Assembly: GCA_025963465.1 (NCBI GenBank)
Contig: JAOQAP010000225.1
Span: forward strand, 74-64,073
Direction: 5' to 3'
Length of the DNA: 64,000 nt
Source of the DNA: Flavipsychrobacter sp.
GTDB taxonomy: Bacteria > Bacteroidota > Bacteroidia > Chitinophagales > Chitinophagaceae
Each line of letters starts with the position of its first letter. The stretch's first letter is position 1. The translations under genes were made by a program, and so were the position numbers. The notes under the pieces were generated by a model, which saw nothing but the letters and a program-made list of their open reading frames with translations, made no database searches and was not told the DNA's origin. This document shows, one piece after another, positions 38,022 through 47,078 of this stretch.

Positions 38022-38768
38022 ATGCCCGCTTTCAAAGACAACTTCTCGCAACAGGCAGCTATATACGCACAATACCGGCCACATTATCCGGTGGCATTGT
38101 ATGAGCATCTTGCATCATTAACATCGGCACATGAGACGGTATGGGATTGCGGTACCGGCAATGGTCAGGCAGCGGTGGGGCTTACTGCTTTTTATAATAG
38201 GGTAATAGCTACCGACCCGAGTGAGGAGCAGATCAATAACAGCACGCATCATGAGCGGATAGTATACAAAATAGAGCGGGCAGAACAAACTTCTATCTCT
38301 GACCACTCCATAGACCTGCTTACCACTGCCAATGCACTGCACTGGTTCAATTTTGATGAGTTTTACAATGAAGCACGAAGAGTATTAAAGCCCGGCGGCA
38401 TAATAGCTGCATGGTGTTATGAAGTGCCATTTGTAACACCTGGAATAGATAAGATAGTGCGCCATTATCACGATCATACACTTAATGATTACTGGCAGTA
38501 TGAGAACAGGCTGGTAGAAAAGGCATACACTACTATACCATTCCCTTTTGAGCTGATAGACAGCCCGTCCTTTACTTCAGAAAAGATGATGGACCTGGAT
38601 ACATTCATAGCTTACCTGAACACATGGTCTGCAACACAGCGGTATATAAATGACAAAGGCATGAACCCTACTGAACAACTCAGAGATGAATTACGTACCG
38701 TATGGCCGGTCAGCAATAAGGCTCTTAAGGTGACCTGGAAGCTAATACTGAAAACAGGAAGGGTATAA
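38022..38768 (+). CDS. class I SAM-dependent methyltransferase
   Basis: Motif I VWDCGTGNGQAA, then LKPGGIIAAW. 248 aa. Confidence 0.8.
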   Translation: MPAFKDNFSQQAAIYAQYRPHYPVALYEHLASLTSAHETVWDCGTGNGQAAVGLTAFYNRVIATDPSEEQINNSTHHERIVYKIERAEQTSISDHSIDLLTTANALHWFNFDEFYNEARRVLKPGGIIAAWCYEVPFVTPGIDKIVRHYHDHTLNDYWQYENRLVEKAYTTIPFPFELIDSPSFTSEKMMDLDTFIAYLNTWSATQRYINDKGMNPTEQLRDELRTVWPVSNKALKVTWKLILKTGRV

Positions 38769-39020
38769 GTGGTTGCAACTAACTGCAACAATTTCATCTG
38801 ATCAACAGATGTGGTGTATGTCACATTACTGTTACCTTATTACATTGTCGTTTCCTTAACATAAGAATCGCTATATTTACAATAGTTATAGACAATAAAG
38901 CGCAATACAGCTTCTTTCGTTTCCACAGTATGATCTGACACTTCTCAGTGGTTTTGTAAAAAATCCGGTTTTTCCGCACTATCTATTTGCTTTTTTAGTT
39001 CACTTAAAACTGTTTTTTTT

Positions 39021-39788
39021 ATGATCATCTTCGTGTTTTTCGTTGCCTTGTGGTATTCGTCACTTTTTTGCCAAACATTCTTCCAGCATAGATATGCCGC
39101 ACATGGCGCCTTTAAAATGAGTAAGCGCATGGAGAAGTTCTTCTTCATCCTGTCTTATATCACACAGGGGTCATCGTACATGAGCCCACGGGCCTATGCT
39201 ATTATGCACCGTATGCACCATGCGTATACAGATACGGCCCAGGACCCGCACTCGCCGTCATTCTCAAAGAACATCTTTACTATGATGATGCGCACGCGTA
39301 ATTTCTATACTGCCATTTTTAAAGGCACTATGGAAGTAGAGCCCCGCTTCCTTAAGAACGTACCCGAATGGCCTGCGTTTGATAAATGGGCCAACTCCGG
39401 CTTATCAAGATTGCTGTGGGCATTAGCCTACCTGGGTATCTTTATCACCTTTGCGACGTCTCCGTGGGTATACCTGTTGTTTCCTATAGTGTTGGCCATG
39501 GGCGCTTTTCATGGCGCGGTCATCAACTGGTTCGCACACAAGTACGGGTATAAGAATTTTATCCTCAAGAATACTTCAGAGAACCTGCTGACTGTAGATA
39601 TACTGATGCTGGGTGAGTCTTATCACAACAACCATCACAAGTACCCATCGTCACTGAACTTTGGTGTGAAGTGGCATGAGGTAGATCCGATCTATCCGAT
39701 CATACGCCTGCTGGGCTGGCTGCGTGTCATAAAGCTGCCTAATGTAGCGCCGGTGCCACTGGTAGCTGCAATAAAACCTAAAAAATAA
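39021..39788 (+). CDS. membrane fatty-acid (acyl-CoA/acyl-lipid) desaturase
   Basis: Three His boxes: HRYAAH, HRMHH and HNNHH. Hydrophobic helices lie between them. Confidence 0.8.
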   Translation: MIIFVFFVALWYSSLFCQTFFQHRYAAHGAFKMSKRMEKFFFILSYITQGSSYMSPRAYAIMHRMHHAYTDTAQDPHSPSFSKNIFTMMMRTRNFYTAIFKGTMEVEPRFLKNVPEWPAFDKWANSGLSRLLWALAYLGIFITFATSPWVYLLFPIVLAMGAFHGAVINWFAHKYGYKNFILKNTSENLLTVDILMLGESYHNNHHKYPSSLNFGVKWHEVDPIYPIIRLLGWLRVIKLPNVAPVPLVAAIKPKK

Positions 39789-40091
39789 AAGGACCTTCTT
39801 AAGGCCCACGCTGCAACATATGACTTAATAATAAGGCGCAGCTATGTTTAAAATTTCAATAATAAAGCTATAGCAATGCCCTTATATTTCTTGTTACTGC
39901 AGCTCCAGATGTATTTCAATTCGCTTAAGCCGTTCGTAATAGTAGGAGCGGCAAGGGGAATGAATAGCATCAGGGCTTTTCACAAACGCTTCCTGCGGAC
40001 GTTTATAATTTTGACACAAGATGCCAGGTACCTGGATACCGGGAGATAGTAGCCTCAAGGCGTAAAGCTATAACGACTAAATAATAATGTT

Positions 40092-40730
40092 ATGAAACGA
40101 ATGATCATATTCCTGGCCGCGTGCGCTGTAACCGGAACACTGCATGCAACCGAATGGGAATTAAAAAAAGATAAAGACGGTATCAAAGTGTATACCGGCA
40201 CTGTAAGCAACTCAAATCTTAAAGCAGTAAGAGCGGTATTCACGCTGAATGCGAGTATGTCGCAGCTAACGGCACTGTTGCTGGATACTAAAGCCCACGA
40301 GCAATGGGTGTATAACACCAAAACATCTTACACAGTAAAAAAGGTAAGCGCCAACAACCTGGTATACTACTCAGAGGTAAGCATGCCATGGCCGCTGGCT
40401 AACAGGGATGTAGTAGTGGAAATGGCCATAACACAACAGCCGGTAACAAAGGTGCTGTATGTTACAGCCAACACGGCTCCGGGATCAGTGCCCGTAAGCA
40501 AGGATAAGGTGCGTGTGCCGCTCTCAAAAGTGAGTTGGGTGGTAACACCGATAGGCAAGAACAAACTAAGTGTGGAATATGTGGCAGAAGCAGACCCGGG
40601 AGGCGAGGTGCCGGCATGGCTGGTCAACTCTTTTACTACCAAAGGGCCTTTTGAAACATTTAAGAAACTAAAAGAGCTGGTAACGGCCCCTGCCTACAGG
40701 GATGTCCATTTCGACTTTGTGAAGGATTAA
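40092..40730 (+). CDS. START/Bet v1-like lipid-binding domain protein, secreted
   Basis: 212 aa with a signal peptide. WELKKDKDGIKVYT...PWPLANRDVV...AWLVN pattern typical of START domains. Confidence 0.65.
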   Translation: MKRMIIFLAACAVTGTLHATEWELKKDKDGIKVYTGTVSNSNLKAVRAVFTLNASMSQLTALLLDTKAHEQWVYNTKTSYTVKKVSANNLVYYSEVSMPWPLANRDVVVEMAITQQPVTKVLYVTANTAPGSVPVSKDKVRVPLSKVSWVVTPIGKNKLSVEYVAEADPGGEVPAWLVNSFTTKGPFETFKKLKELVTAPAYRDVHFDFVKD

Positions 40731-40785
40731 GCTCCTGTTTTTTTTGCCACAGGTAAATTGTAACTTTAAACTACAATAACTTGTT

Positions 40786-41061
40786 ATGGGAGCGCAAAAG
40801 GTTTGTGATCATATCAGCAATATTACGGAGCTTAAAGCGCCGAAAGTATATGAATGCGAAGAATGTATAAAAACAGGCAGCACCTGGATGCATCTGCGTA
40901 CCTGCCAGACCTGTGGCGTCACGTTGTGTTGCGACAATTCACCAAACAAGCATATGACAGCCCACTACCATAAGACAAAGCATCCGGTAGTAATATCTGC
41001 TGAGCCGGGAGAAAAATGGTTGTGGTGCTATCCCGATGAGCTGTTCGTAGATTATGACTAG
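40786..41061 (+). CDS. UBP-type zinc-finger protein
   Basis: 91 aa. C/H pattern CEEC...WMHLRTCQTCG...CCD...NKH...H..KTKHP typical of zf-UBP. Confidence 0.7.
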   Translation: MGAQKVCDHISNITELKAPKVYECEECIKTGSTWMHLRTCQTCGVTLCCDNSPNKHMTAHYHKTKHPVVISAEPGEKWLWCYPDELFVDYD

Positions 41062-41062
41062 G

Positions 41063-42001
41063 CTATATTTCTTTCAGCGGCACCACTTTCAGGTCTGCCA
41101 CATCCCAGCCGGATAGGGTAGCCCCTGCCATATAGCAGCTCTCCAAAAAATCAAGTAAGTCTTTATGAGGATCGGCAAACGATCTCAGATCATCATACAT
41201 CAGCAATGCCATAGGGCTGCCGTTAGATAGCTGCCACTTTGCTGCCCTTGGCGCTAATGGTTCTTTATCAAGACCACCAGGAGAAGGATAGGTGTAAGAA
41301 TAAAATGCGGCACCTCTCACGTTCTCATCGCCAGCCCAGAAGCCAAAGCTGATAAGCTCATGGCTGTAAGCATCCTTATTAGAGATGTTTGCCTCCGGCG
41401 ACATTGCAGGAGCCCTTCTTCCGCAGAAGCGCGTAACCACAAGGTCCATATGATGCCAGAAGAGCTGGACAGGACTTGTCTTGCCATAGAACCGTCCGCT
41501 GAATTCGGTGAACACTTCGCATGTCCACATCAGGATGCGCCAGAATTTCTGCACATACTCCGCATTATAGCTGTTATAGTCAGTAAGCTGTTCAAATGGA
41601 GTGGTCATAGGGTTCGCATCAGGCATGCCATAAGGATGGGGTATTATTCTTGCCTGTATATTCAGTTTATCCAGTATGGTAAACATCTTCTTATAAAGAT
41701 CAGCAACGCTTAGCCCGTCTGTAAGCGGGAAAGACTCATGAATGCCCTTGCTGGTCACCAGTTCCACCTTATGCTCCAGGAAGTTGAACTGGATATCGAA
41801 AGTAAAATCATTGGCAGGCATGGTATGGGTAATAAGCCCTTTTGCATTTACCAGGAAGGTAATGTTCCACCAGTGGTTCTTACGCGGCATCAGTGCCAGC
41901 TGTATCTTGCCAACTACCTGCAGGTAGAGGTTAAGGGTGGTCTTGCTTTGTTCCCATGCAGCAAGGTCAAGTGATGGTAAGGATGCTGTTTTCATAAGCA
42001 T
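41063..42001 (-). CDS. DUF5996-family protein
   Basis: 312 aa. The N-terminal W..SK.TL.LY.Q.VGKI.LAL.P..NHWW... pattern is as I remember for DUF5996 (Ava_C0101-like). Confidence 0.6.
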   Translation of the reverse strand: MLMKTASLPSLDLAAWEQSKTTLNLYLQVVGKIQLALMPRKNHWWNITFLVNAKGLITHTMPANDFTFDIQFNFLEHKVELVTSKGIHESFPLTDGLSVADLYKKMFTILDKLNIQARIIPHPYGMPDANPMTTPFEQLTDYNSYNAEYVQKFWRILMWTCEVFTEFSGRFYGKTSPVQLFWHHMDLVVTRFCGRRAPAMSPEANISNKDAYSHELISFGFWAGDENVRGAAFYSYTYPSPGGLDKEPLAPRAAKWQLSNGSPMALLMYDDLRSFADPHKDLLDFLESCYMAGATLSGWDVADLKVVPLKEI

Positions 42002-42017
42002 GAAGTTTACTACTAAA

Positions 42018-42025
42018 CAAATTTA
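42018..42025 (-). promoter_or_regulatory. candidate -7 promoter box TAAATTTG for the DUF5996 gene
   Basis: Exact TAnnTTTG match 16 nt upstream of ATG 42001. The GTTAC cluster starts 16 nt further upstream. Confidence 0.4.
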
Positions 42026-42040
42026 AGGCTATTTGTACAT

Positions 42041-42121
42041 AAAGCGTAACAGCTATAAGTAACAAAGCGTAACACTTGTTACGGTGTTACGCTTTGTTGT
42101 TATGTTACGTTCCTTGTTACG
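42041..42121. repeat. second GTTAC/GTAAC motif cluster with a 12-bp perfect inverted repeat
   Basis: 3 GTAAC and 4 GTTAC in 81 nt. AAAGCGTAACAC (42064-42075) and GTGTTACGCTTT (42084-42095) are exact reverse complements with an 8-nt spacer. The 11-mer AAAGCGTAACA is also at 42041-42051 and 36630-36640. Confidence 0.9.
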
Positions 42122-42122
42122 T

Positions 42123-45100
42123 TTAGCTGAACAGGAATTCGATATCGTCTTTGGTAAGTCGTTTCTGGAATGCGCTGTCGTCACTAACCAGGTCATTGGC
42201 CAGTGCGCGTTTATGCTCCTGTAGCTGCAGCATCTTTTCTTCCAGTGTATCCTTACAGATAAGGCGGTAGGCAAAGATGTTCTTGGTCTGTCCTATACGG
42301 TGCGTACGGTCAATGGCTTGTTGCTCTACAGCAGGGTTCCACCACGGATCTACTATGTATACATAGTCGGCTGCAGTAAGGTTAAGACCTATACCACCGG
42401 CTTTCAGCGATATCAGGAATACACGGCAGTCGTGGTCGTTCTGGAATGTATTGATCGCTGTCTCACGTTCTGCGGTAGTGCTGCTGCCATCAAAGTATAC
42501 ATGGCTTATGTCCTCTTCTTTCAGTTTTTGTTTGATGAGGCCCAGCATACCCAGGAACTGTGAGAACACCAGTACCTTATGGTCGCCCACATTCTCCGTT
42601 ATCTCGCGCGATAGTTCGTCGAGTTTTACAGAGTAGTTGTGGTAGCGCTCTTCTTCGTTCATGATAGCCGGAGAGTCGCATATCTGGCGCAGCTTGGTAA
42701 GGCCCTGCAGTATATGCATCTGCGAGCGTTCCATGCCTTTCTCTTCTATCATGCCCAGTATCTGTGAGCGGTATATATTGCGGTAAGCCTCGTAAATCTT
42801 GCGTTGTTCCACGCCCATCTCGCAATACAGGATCATCTCTGTCTTTTCAGGCAGGTCTTTTGCTACTTGCTCCTTGGTACGGCGCAGCAGGAAGGGGTAG
42901 GTGAGCTTACGCAATTGCAGCTTCACATCATCTTCCCTGAACTTATCTATAGGTGTTGCAAACTCGCTCATGAAAAATTCCCTGCTGCCCAGCATGCCGG
43001 GGTTCAGGAAGTTCATCTGTGCGTACAGGTCAAATGTATTGTTCTGTACCGGCGTACCGCTCAGCGCCAGGCGGTTTTTACTGTTCAGCAGCAAAGATGC
43101 CTTAGCTACCTGCGATTGCGGGTTCTTAATAGATTGCGACTCATCGAGCACCACATAGTCAAATGGGATCTCTTTGAACGTCTTTATATCGCCACGCATG
43201 GTACCATACGTGGTAATGATGATGTCAAAATTGGTATAACTTCCCGGGTCTATGTTACGCTTAGGCCCGTGGTGTATGATATGGGTAAGTTCCGGTGTGA
43301 ACTTCTGAATTTCCTTTTCCCAGTTATACATCAGCGTAGTAGGGCATACTACCAGGAAGCGGACATTGCCGTTCAGGTTCTTGTAATGCTGGAAGAAGGT
43401 AAGCGTCTGTATGGTTTTACCAAGCCCCATGTCATCAGCAAGTATACCGCCCCATCCGGCTTCGTTCAGGAACTTCAGCCATTGGAATCCCGCCAGCTGG
43501 TAAGGACGCAGAGTTGCCTTTAAATGATCAGGAGGAGCCAGCTCAGAATAATCGTTGCTTAATATTGTCTCCAGCTTTTCTTTCTTGGCTTCCAGCTCTT
43601 CCTGCAGGCCATCTTCGTCTATCTCCTTCAGCAGCTCATCCAGTACGCTGAAGTGGTATTTTTTCAGTCTTACTTTGCCGCCCTTGGCTTCACCCATCTT
43701 CAGCAGCAGGCTGTATTTTTTCAGCCAGTCTTCAGGCAGCAGGCCTATAGAGCCATCGCCCAGCTTTACGAAGTTTTGCTTTTGAGCGAGCGCTTTCTTT
43801 ACTTCTATTATAGATACACTCTGCTCACCGAATTTTAGCTCAACAGATGCGTCAAACCAATCTATACCACTGCTTACCTGGACTACTGTTTCCGGCTTAT
43901 GAGTGTTCACACGCAGGTTCTTCAATCCTTCAAAGCCCAGTATGTCCACATTGTTTTCCCGCATCAGTTCTGTGAAACGGTAGAACCAGTTGTTAGCCAG
44001 CACCGAAGTGCCGGGCAGGTAGTAAAACTTATCTTTTTTATTTAATTGTACATCAGTGTGCACTGTTGCCAGCAGCTCCATGAATTCCTGTTCTGCAGGT
44101 TCGTTGCGCTGCATGATCTTCACTATACCATCATGAGGCTGTATCACATCGCCAAAGTAGCCGGGACGTATCTCTACATCATGGTACATATACGCGGGCT
44201 GCAGTATCAGCGACTGATCACGCTCCTGCAGGTACAGGCGGAAGCCCGGCTTATCCTGCACCACATGTTCTATCAGCTCTTCAGAGAAATGGACATGTAC
44301 TATATCGGCCCATTTCATCACTTTCTCTTTCAGGAAGTCAGGCCATTTGGCTTTAGTTATTGCCATTTTACCATTGGCAGGAAACGACTCAGCAAGCTGT
44401 ATCTCCTGCTGGCTGCCTACGCAGCATATGTGTCCATTAGATACCAGTAGCGCAGAGTTAAGAAATGTAACCTCGCTTACCGGCACAGAGTTGTTCTCTA
44501 TGATCCATTCCAGCGTCAGGCTATAGCCTTTTGTTTCCTTGCGTGCTATCAGCTGCGGGTGTACAGGCTTTTCAGAATACTCTACCTGCTCTATGGTTGT
44601 TGAAGAAAGCGCTTTGCCCTTCTTCTTGATATATGTAAAATGATGTGCCGAATAACGGTCTAATAATTTCTGGTATTTAGGCAGCAGGTATTCCCATACC
44701 TGTTCCTTTACTTCTTCTTCCGGGGTGTCTTTCAGCACACTGTCATAATCATGAAGGAAATCACCGAATGGCAGGTTCTTCTTCAGGTATTTCAGTAGTT
44801 CATCCGGCAGGAACTTACGCACAACGGGCAGCAGGTCACGGTCTTCTACTTTGTATCGTGTAGGGTTCACGTATTGTGCCAGTTCCAGCTTGTCTATGCC
44901 GCTTATGAACTTCCTGTCAGCCTCATCGGGCGTGCCGGAAACCAGCAATACATCTACAAAAGGGAAAGCCTTTACATCCGGGTCTATTACTATACCCAAC
45001 CTCTTCTCTTCTATAGGTGCAGGTGCCGCGGCTTCCGCCGCAGGAATCTTTGGAATAACACTCTGTTTGGATTCCAGCTTTTTAATAGATGGATCCAGTA

Positions 45101-45863
45101 CACGCAGGAACGGTTTATTATTCTCGTAAGTGAATGTGAATTTATTGGTCAGGTCATCATCCAGCGTATAGCCATATTGTTCCAGCAGTTTGTTCTTCTG
45201 TATATCGAAGTTCTGCATGCTGGTGAAATACTGTGCGCCATATACCTTTAATACCTGCAGGAACACTGTTGCTTTATGCACACAGAGCGGGTGTGTCTTT
45301 TCAGCACAGCCGCATGAAGTATCAAAGTAGCGTTCCTCGTTCTGCTTTATAGTAACATGGTAGGTCTTGTCATCATCCGGCACCTCTGCTTCTATCCTGT
45401 CGTTCTTGTTCGATATGATGATGGCTCTGCCTGCATTGGCCATACGCTCAGCCATATCCAGCGAGTCGGGCTCGGTGAATATAAGCAGCATCTGCCTGTT
45501 GATCTGGCGCATACGTACTACTGTATGTTTCTGATCGTAAGTGATATTAGTATTTTCAAAGAAGCCGCTTTGTAAAATGTCGTTCAGCTGAAAGAGCGCA
45601 GCTACCTCGTGTCGGCATATCTCTCCCAGGTTGTAAGGACACTGGCACCTTACCGTCATCTCCTTGGGCTGTAAATATTTGTTGACAGTTACAGTGTAAT
45701 AGTTCTGGTACAGGTCGTTGCGTACGCGAAACCTTACCTGCTCCAGCAAGTGATCAACATCAAGCATTTGCACGCCTGACGTATAGAAGATCTTTTTACC
45801 ACGGCGGATAACTTCTTCTGTGCCATGGTTGTAAACGTGTCTGAGTATGGGTGGTAAGGACAT
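42123..45863 (-). CDS. SNF2-family helicase/ATPase with two N-terminal SWIM-type zinc-finger motifs
   Basis: 1246 aa. SWIM-like CQCPYNLGEICRHEVA and CGCAEKTHPLCVHKAT. SNF2 motif I ILADDMGLGKTIQ and motif II VLDESQSIKN. Helicase-C motifs LISLKAGGIGLNLTAADYVYIVDPWWNPAVEQQAIDRTHRIGQ. Confidence 0.9.
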   Translation of the reverse strand: MSLPPILRHVYNHGTEEVIRRGKKIFYTSGVQMLDVDHLLEQVRFRVRNDLYQNYYTVTVNKYLQPKEMTVRCQCPYNLGEICRHEVAALFQLNDILQSGFFENTNITYDQKHTVVRMRQINRQMLLIFTEPDSLDMAERMANAGRAIIISNKNDRIEAEVPDDDKTYHVTIKQNEERYFDTSCGCAEKTHPLCVHKATVFLQVLKVYGAQYFTSMQNFDIQKNKLLEQYGYTLDDDLTNKFTFTYENNKPFLRVLDPSIKKLESKQSVIPKIPAAEAAAPAPIEEKRLGIVIDPDVKAFPFVDVLLVSGTPDEADRKFISGIDKLELAQYVNPTRYKVEDRDLLPVVRKFLPDELLKYLKKNLPFGDFLHDYDSVLKDTPEEEVKEQVWEYLLPKYQKLLDRYSAHHFTYIKKKGKALSSTTIEQVEYSEKPVHPQLIARKETKGYSLTLEWIIENNSVPVSEVTFLNSALLVSNGHICCVGSQQEIQLAESFPANGKMAITKAKWPDFLKEKVMKWADIVHVHFSEELIEHVVQDKPGFRLYLQERDQSLILQPAYMYHDVEIRPGYFGDVIQPHDGIVKIMQRNEPAEQEFMELLATVHTDVQLNKKDKFYYLPGTSVLANNWFYRFTELMRENNVDILGFEGLKNLRVNTHKPETVVQVSSGIDWFDASVELKFGEQSVSIIEVKKALAQKQNFVKLGDGSIGLLPEDWLKKYSLLLKMGEAKGGKVRLKKYHFSVLDELLKEIDEDGLQEELEAKKEKLETILSNDYSELAPPDHLKATLRPYQLAGFQWLKFLNEAGWGGILADDMGLGKTIQTLTFFQHYKNLNGNVRFLVVCPTTLMYNWEKEIQKFTPELTHIIHHGPKRNIDPGSYTNFDIIITTYGTMRGDIKTFKEIPFDYVVLDESQSIKNPQSQVAKASLLLNSKNRLALSGTPVQNNTFDLYAQMNFLNPGMLGSREFFMSEFATPIDKFREDDVKLQLRKLTYPFLLRRTKEQVAKDLPEKTEMILYCEMGVEQRKIYEAYRNIYRSQILGMIEEKGMERSQMHILQGLTKLRQICDSPAIMNEEERYHNYSVKLDELSREITENVGDHKVLVFSQFLGMLGLIKQKLKEEDISHVYFDGSSTTAERETAINTFQNDHDCRVFLISLKAGGIGLNLTAADYVYIVDPWWNPAVEQQAIDRTHRIGQTKNIFAYRLICKDTLEEKMLQLQEHKRALANDLVSDDSAFQKRLTKDDIEFLFS

Positions 45864-46019
45864 TTATCTGTGCTCCGGTTCAAAAAAGGCAATCTGCGAA
45901 AGTAGCGAAAAAGGAGCGTACTTCAAGCGGGACGGGTTTAAATATATGTTAAACAGAGCGCTATATGTTTCGGTACAGAACACTTTATGCAGTACGAATA
46001 ATAAGTATCTGAGTTTACT

Positions 46020-47078
46020 CTAATACAAACGCACCCTGGGATCAATCCACGCATAAAACAGGTCAGTGAATAAATTGATGACGATAAAGATAAATGCGGT
46101 GAGCAGTACAGATCCCATTACAAGCGGAAAGTCAAACTTGTCCAGCGCATCTACCGTTATTTTCCCTACTCCTTTCCAGCCGAAGATGTACTCAACAAAG
46201 AACGAGCCCGCCAGCAATTCTGCCAGCCAGCCTGATACCGCAGTGATGACCGGGTTGAGCGCATTCGGCAATGCATGACGGAAAATAGCCCTTGTTTTCG
46301 AAAGTCCTTTCGCATATGCTGTACGGATGTAGTCTTGTGAAAGGGCATCGAGCAATGCGCTGCGTGTGAGCTGTGTGATAATAGCAAGAGGCCGGATGCC
46401 AAGTGCAAATGCGGGTAAAATAAGATTTCGCAATGCGAGGTGCCTGCCGGTGAAAGGGTCATATTCCCACAGGCTGCCTGTCATATTCAGCCCGGTATAG
46501 TTGTGCAGCAGGTACCCGAATACAAAAGCAATAAGCAGCCCTGCAAAGAAAGATGGCATAGAAATGCCGGCTACACTTGCTGCAATGGCAGAGGTATCCA
46601 TCCACGTCCCTTTTTTCAGTGCAGCCAGTACACCAAGTAATATACCAAACACCGTTGCAAATGTCATGGCTACAATGGCCAGTATAGCGGTTCCGGGCAG
46701 CCCTTCTGCAAGCACCGTATTTACTTCGCGTTTAGAACTGTATGAGCGGCCCAGGTATGGCCATTTTAATACCAGGGAGTTGTTATTGCCCACAGGTGCA
46801 AGCCGTACATAGTTATACCGTTGTTGGCTAATGCTGTCGCTGTTGTTGATGCTTAGCGGCAGCAGATCGTTGATGTAGAGAAAGTATCTTGTAACGAGTG
46901 GTTTGTCCAGGTTCAGCGCTTTACGCGCGTTCTCTATAGATGCCAGATCGCTGCGCTGTCCCATAGTGAGCCGTGCAGGGTCAGCCGGCAACACATTGAA
47001 CATAAAGAAGACAAAAGTAACTACCCCCCACAGCACCAGCAGGCTATAACGTGCGCGCCGTGCTATGAAACGTAACAC
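46020..47078 (-). CDS. ABC transporter permease, DppB/OppB-like
   Basis: 352 aa, GTG start. N-terminal ...LLVLWGVVTFVFFMFNVLPADP and the EAA-like loop DYIRTAYAKGLS..R....HALPNA. Confidence 0.8.
   Translation of the reverse strand: MLRFIARRARYSLLVLWGVVTFVFFMFNVLPADPARLTMGQRSDLASIENARKALNLDKPLVTRYFLYINDLLPLSINNSDSISQQRYNYVRLAPVGNNNSLVLKWPYLGRSYSSKREVNTVLAEGLPGTAILAIVAMTFATVFGILLGVLAALKKGTWMDTSAIAASVAGISMPSFFAGLLIAFVFGYLLHNYTGLNMTGSLWEYDPFTGRHLALRNLILPAFALGIRPLAIITQLTRSALLDALSQDYIRTAYAKGLSKTRAIFRHALPNALNPVITAVSGWLAELLAGSFFVEYIFGWKGVGKITVDALDKFDFPLVMGSVLLTAFIFIVINLFTDLFYAWIDPRVRLY

Noticed and set aside
42123-45863. SNF2 helicase as part of a phage-defence island (DISARM/BREX-like)
   Set aside because: No methyltransferase, PLD/nuclease, DUF1998 or other defence partner genes are adjacent. 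The neighbours are DUF5996, zf-UBP and an ABC permease.
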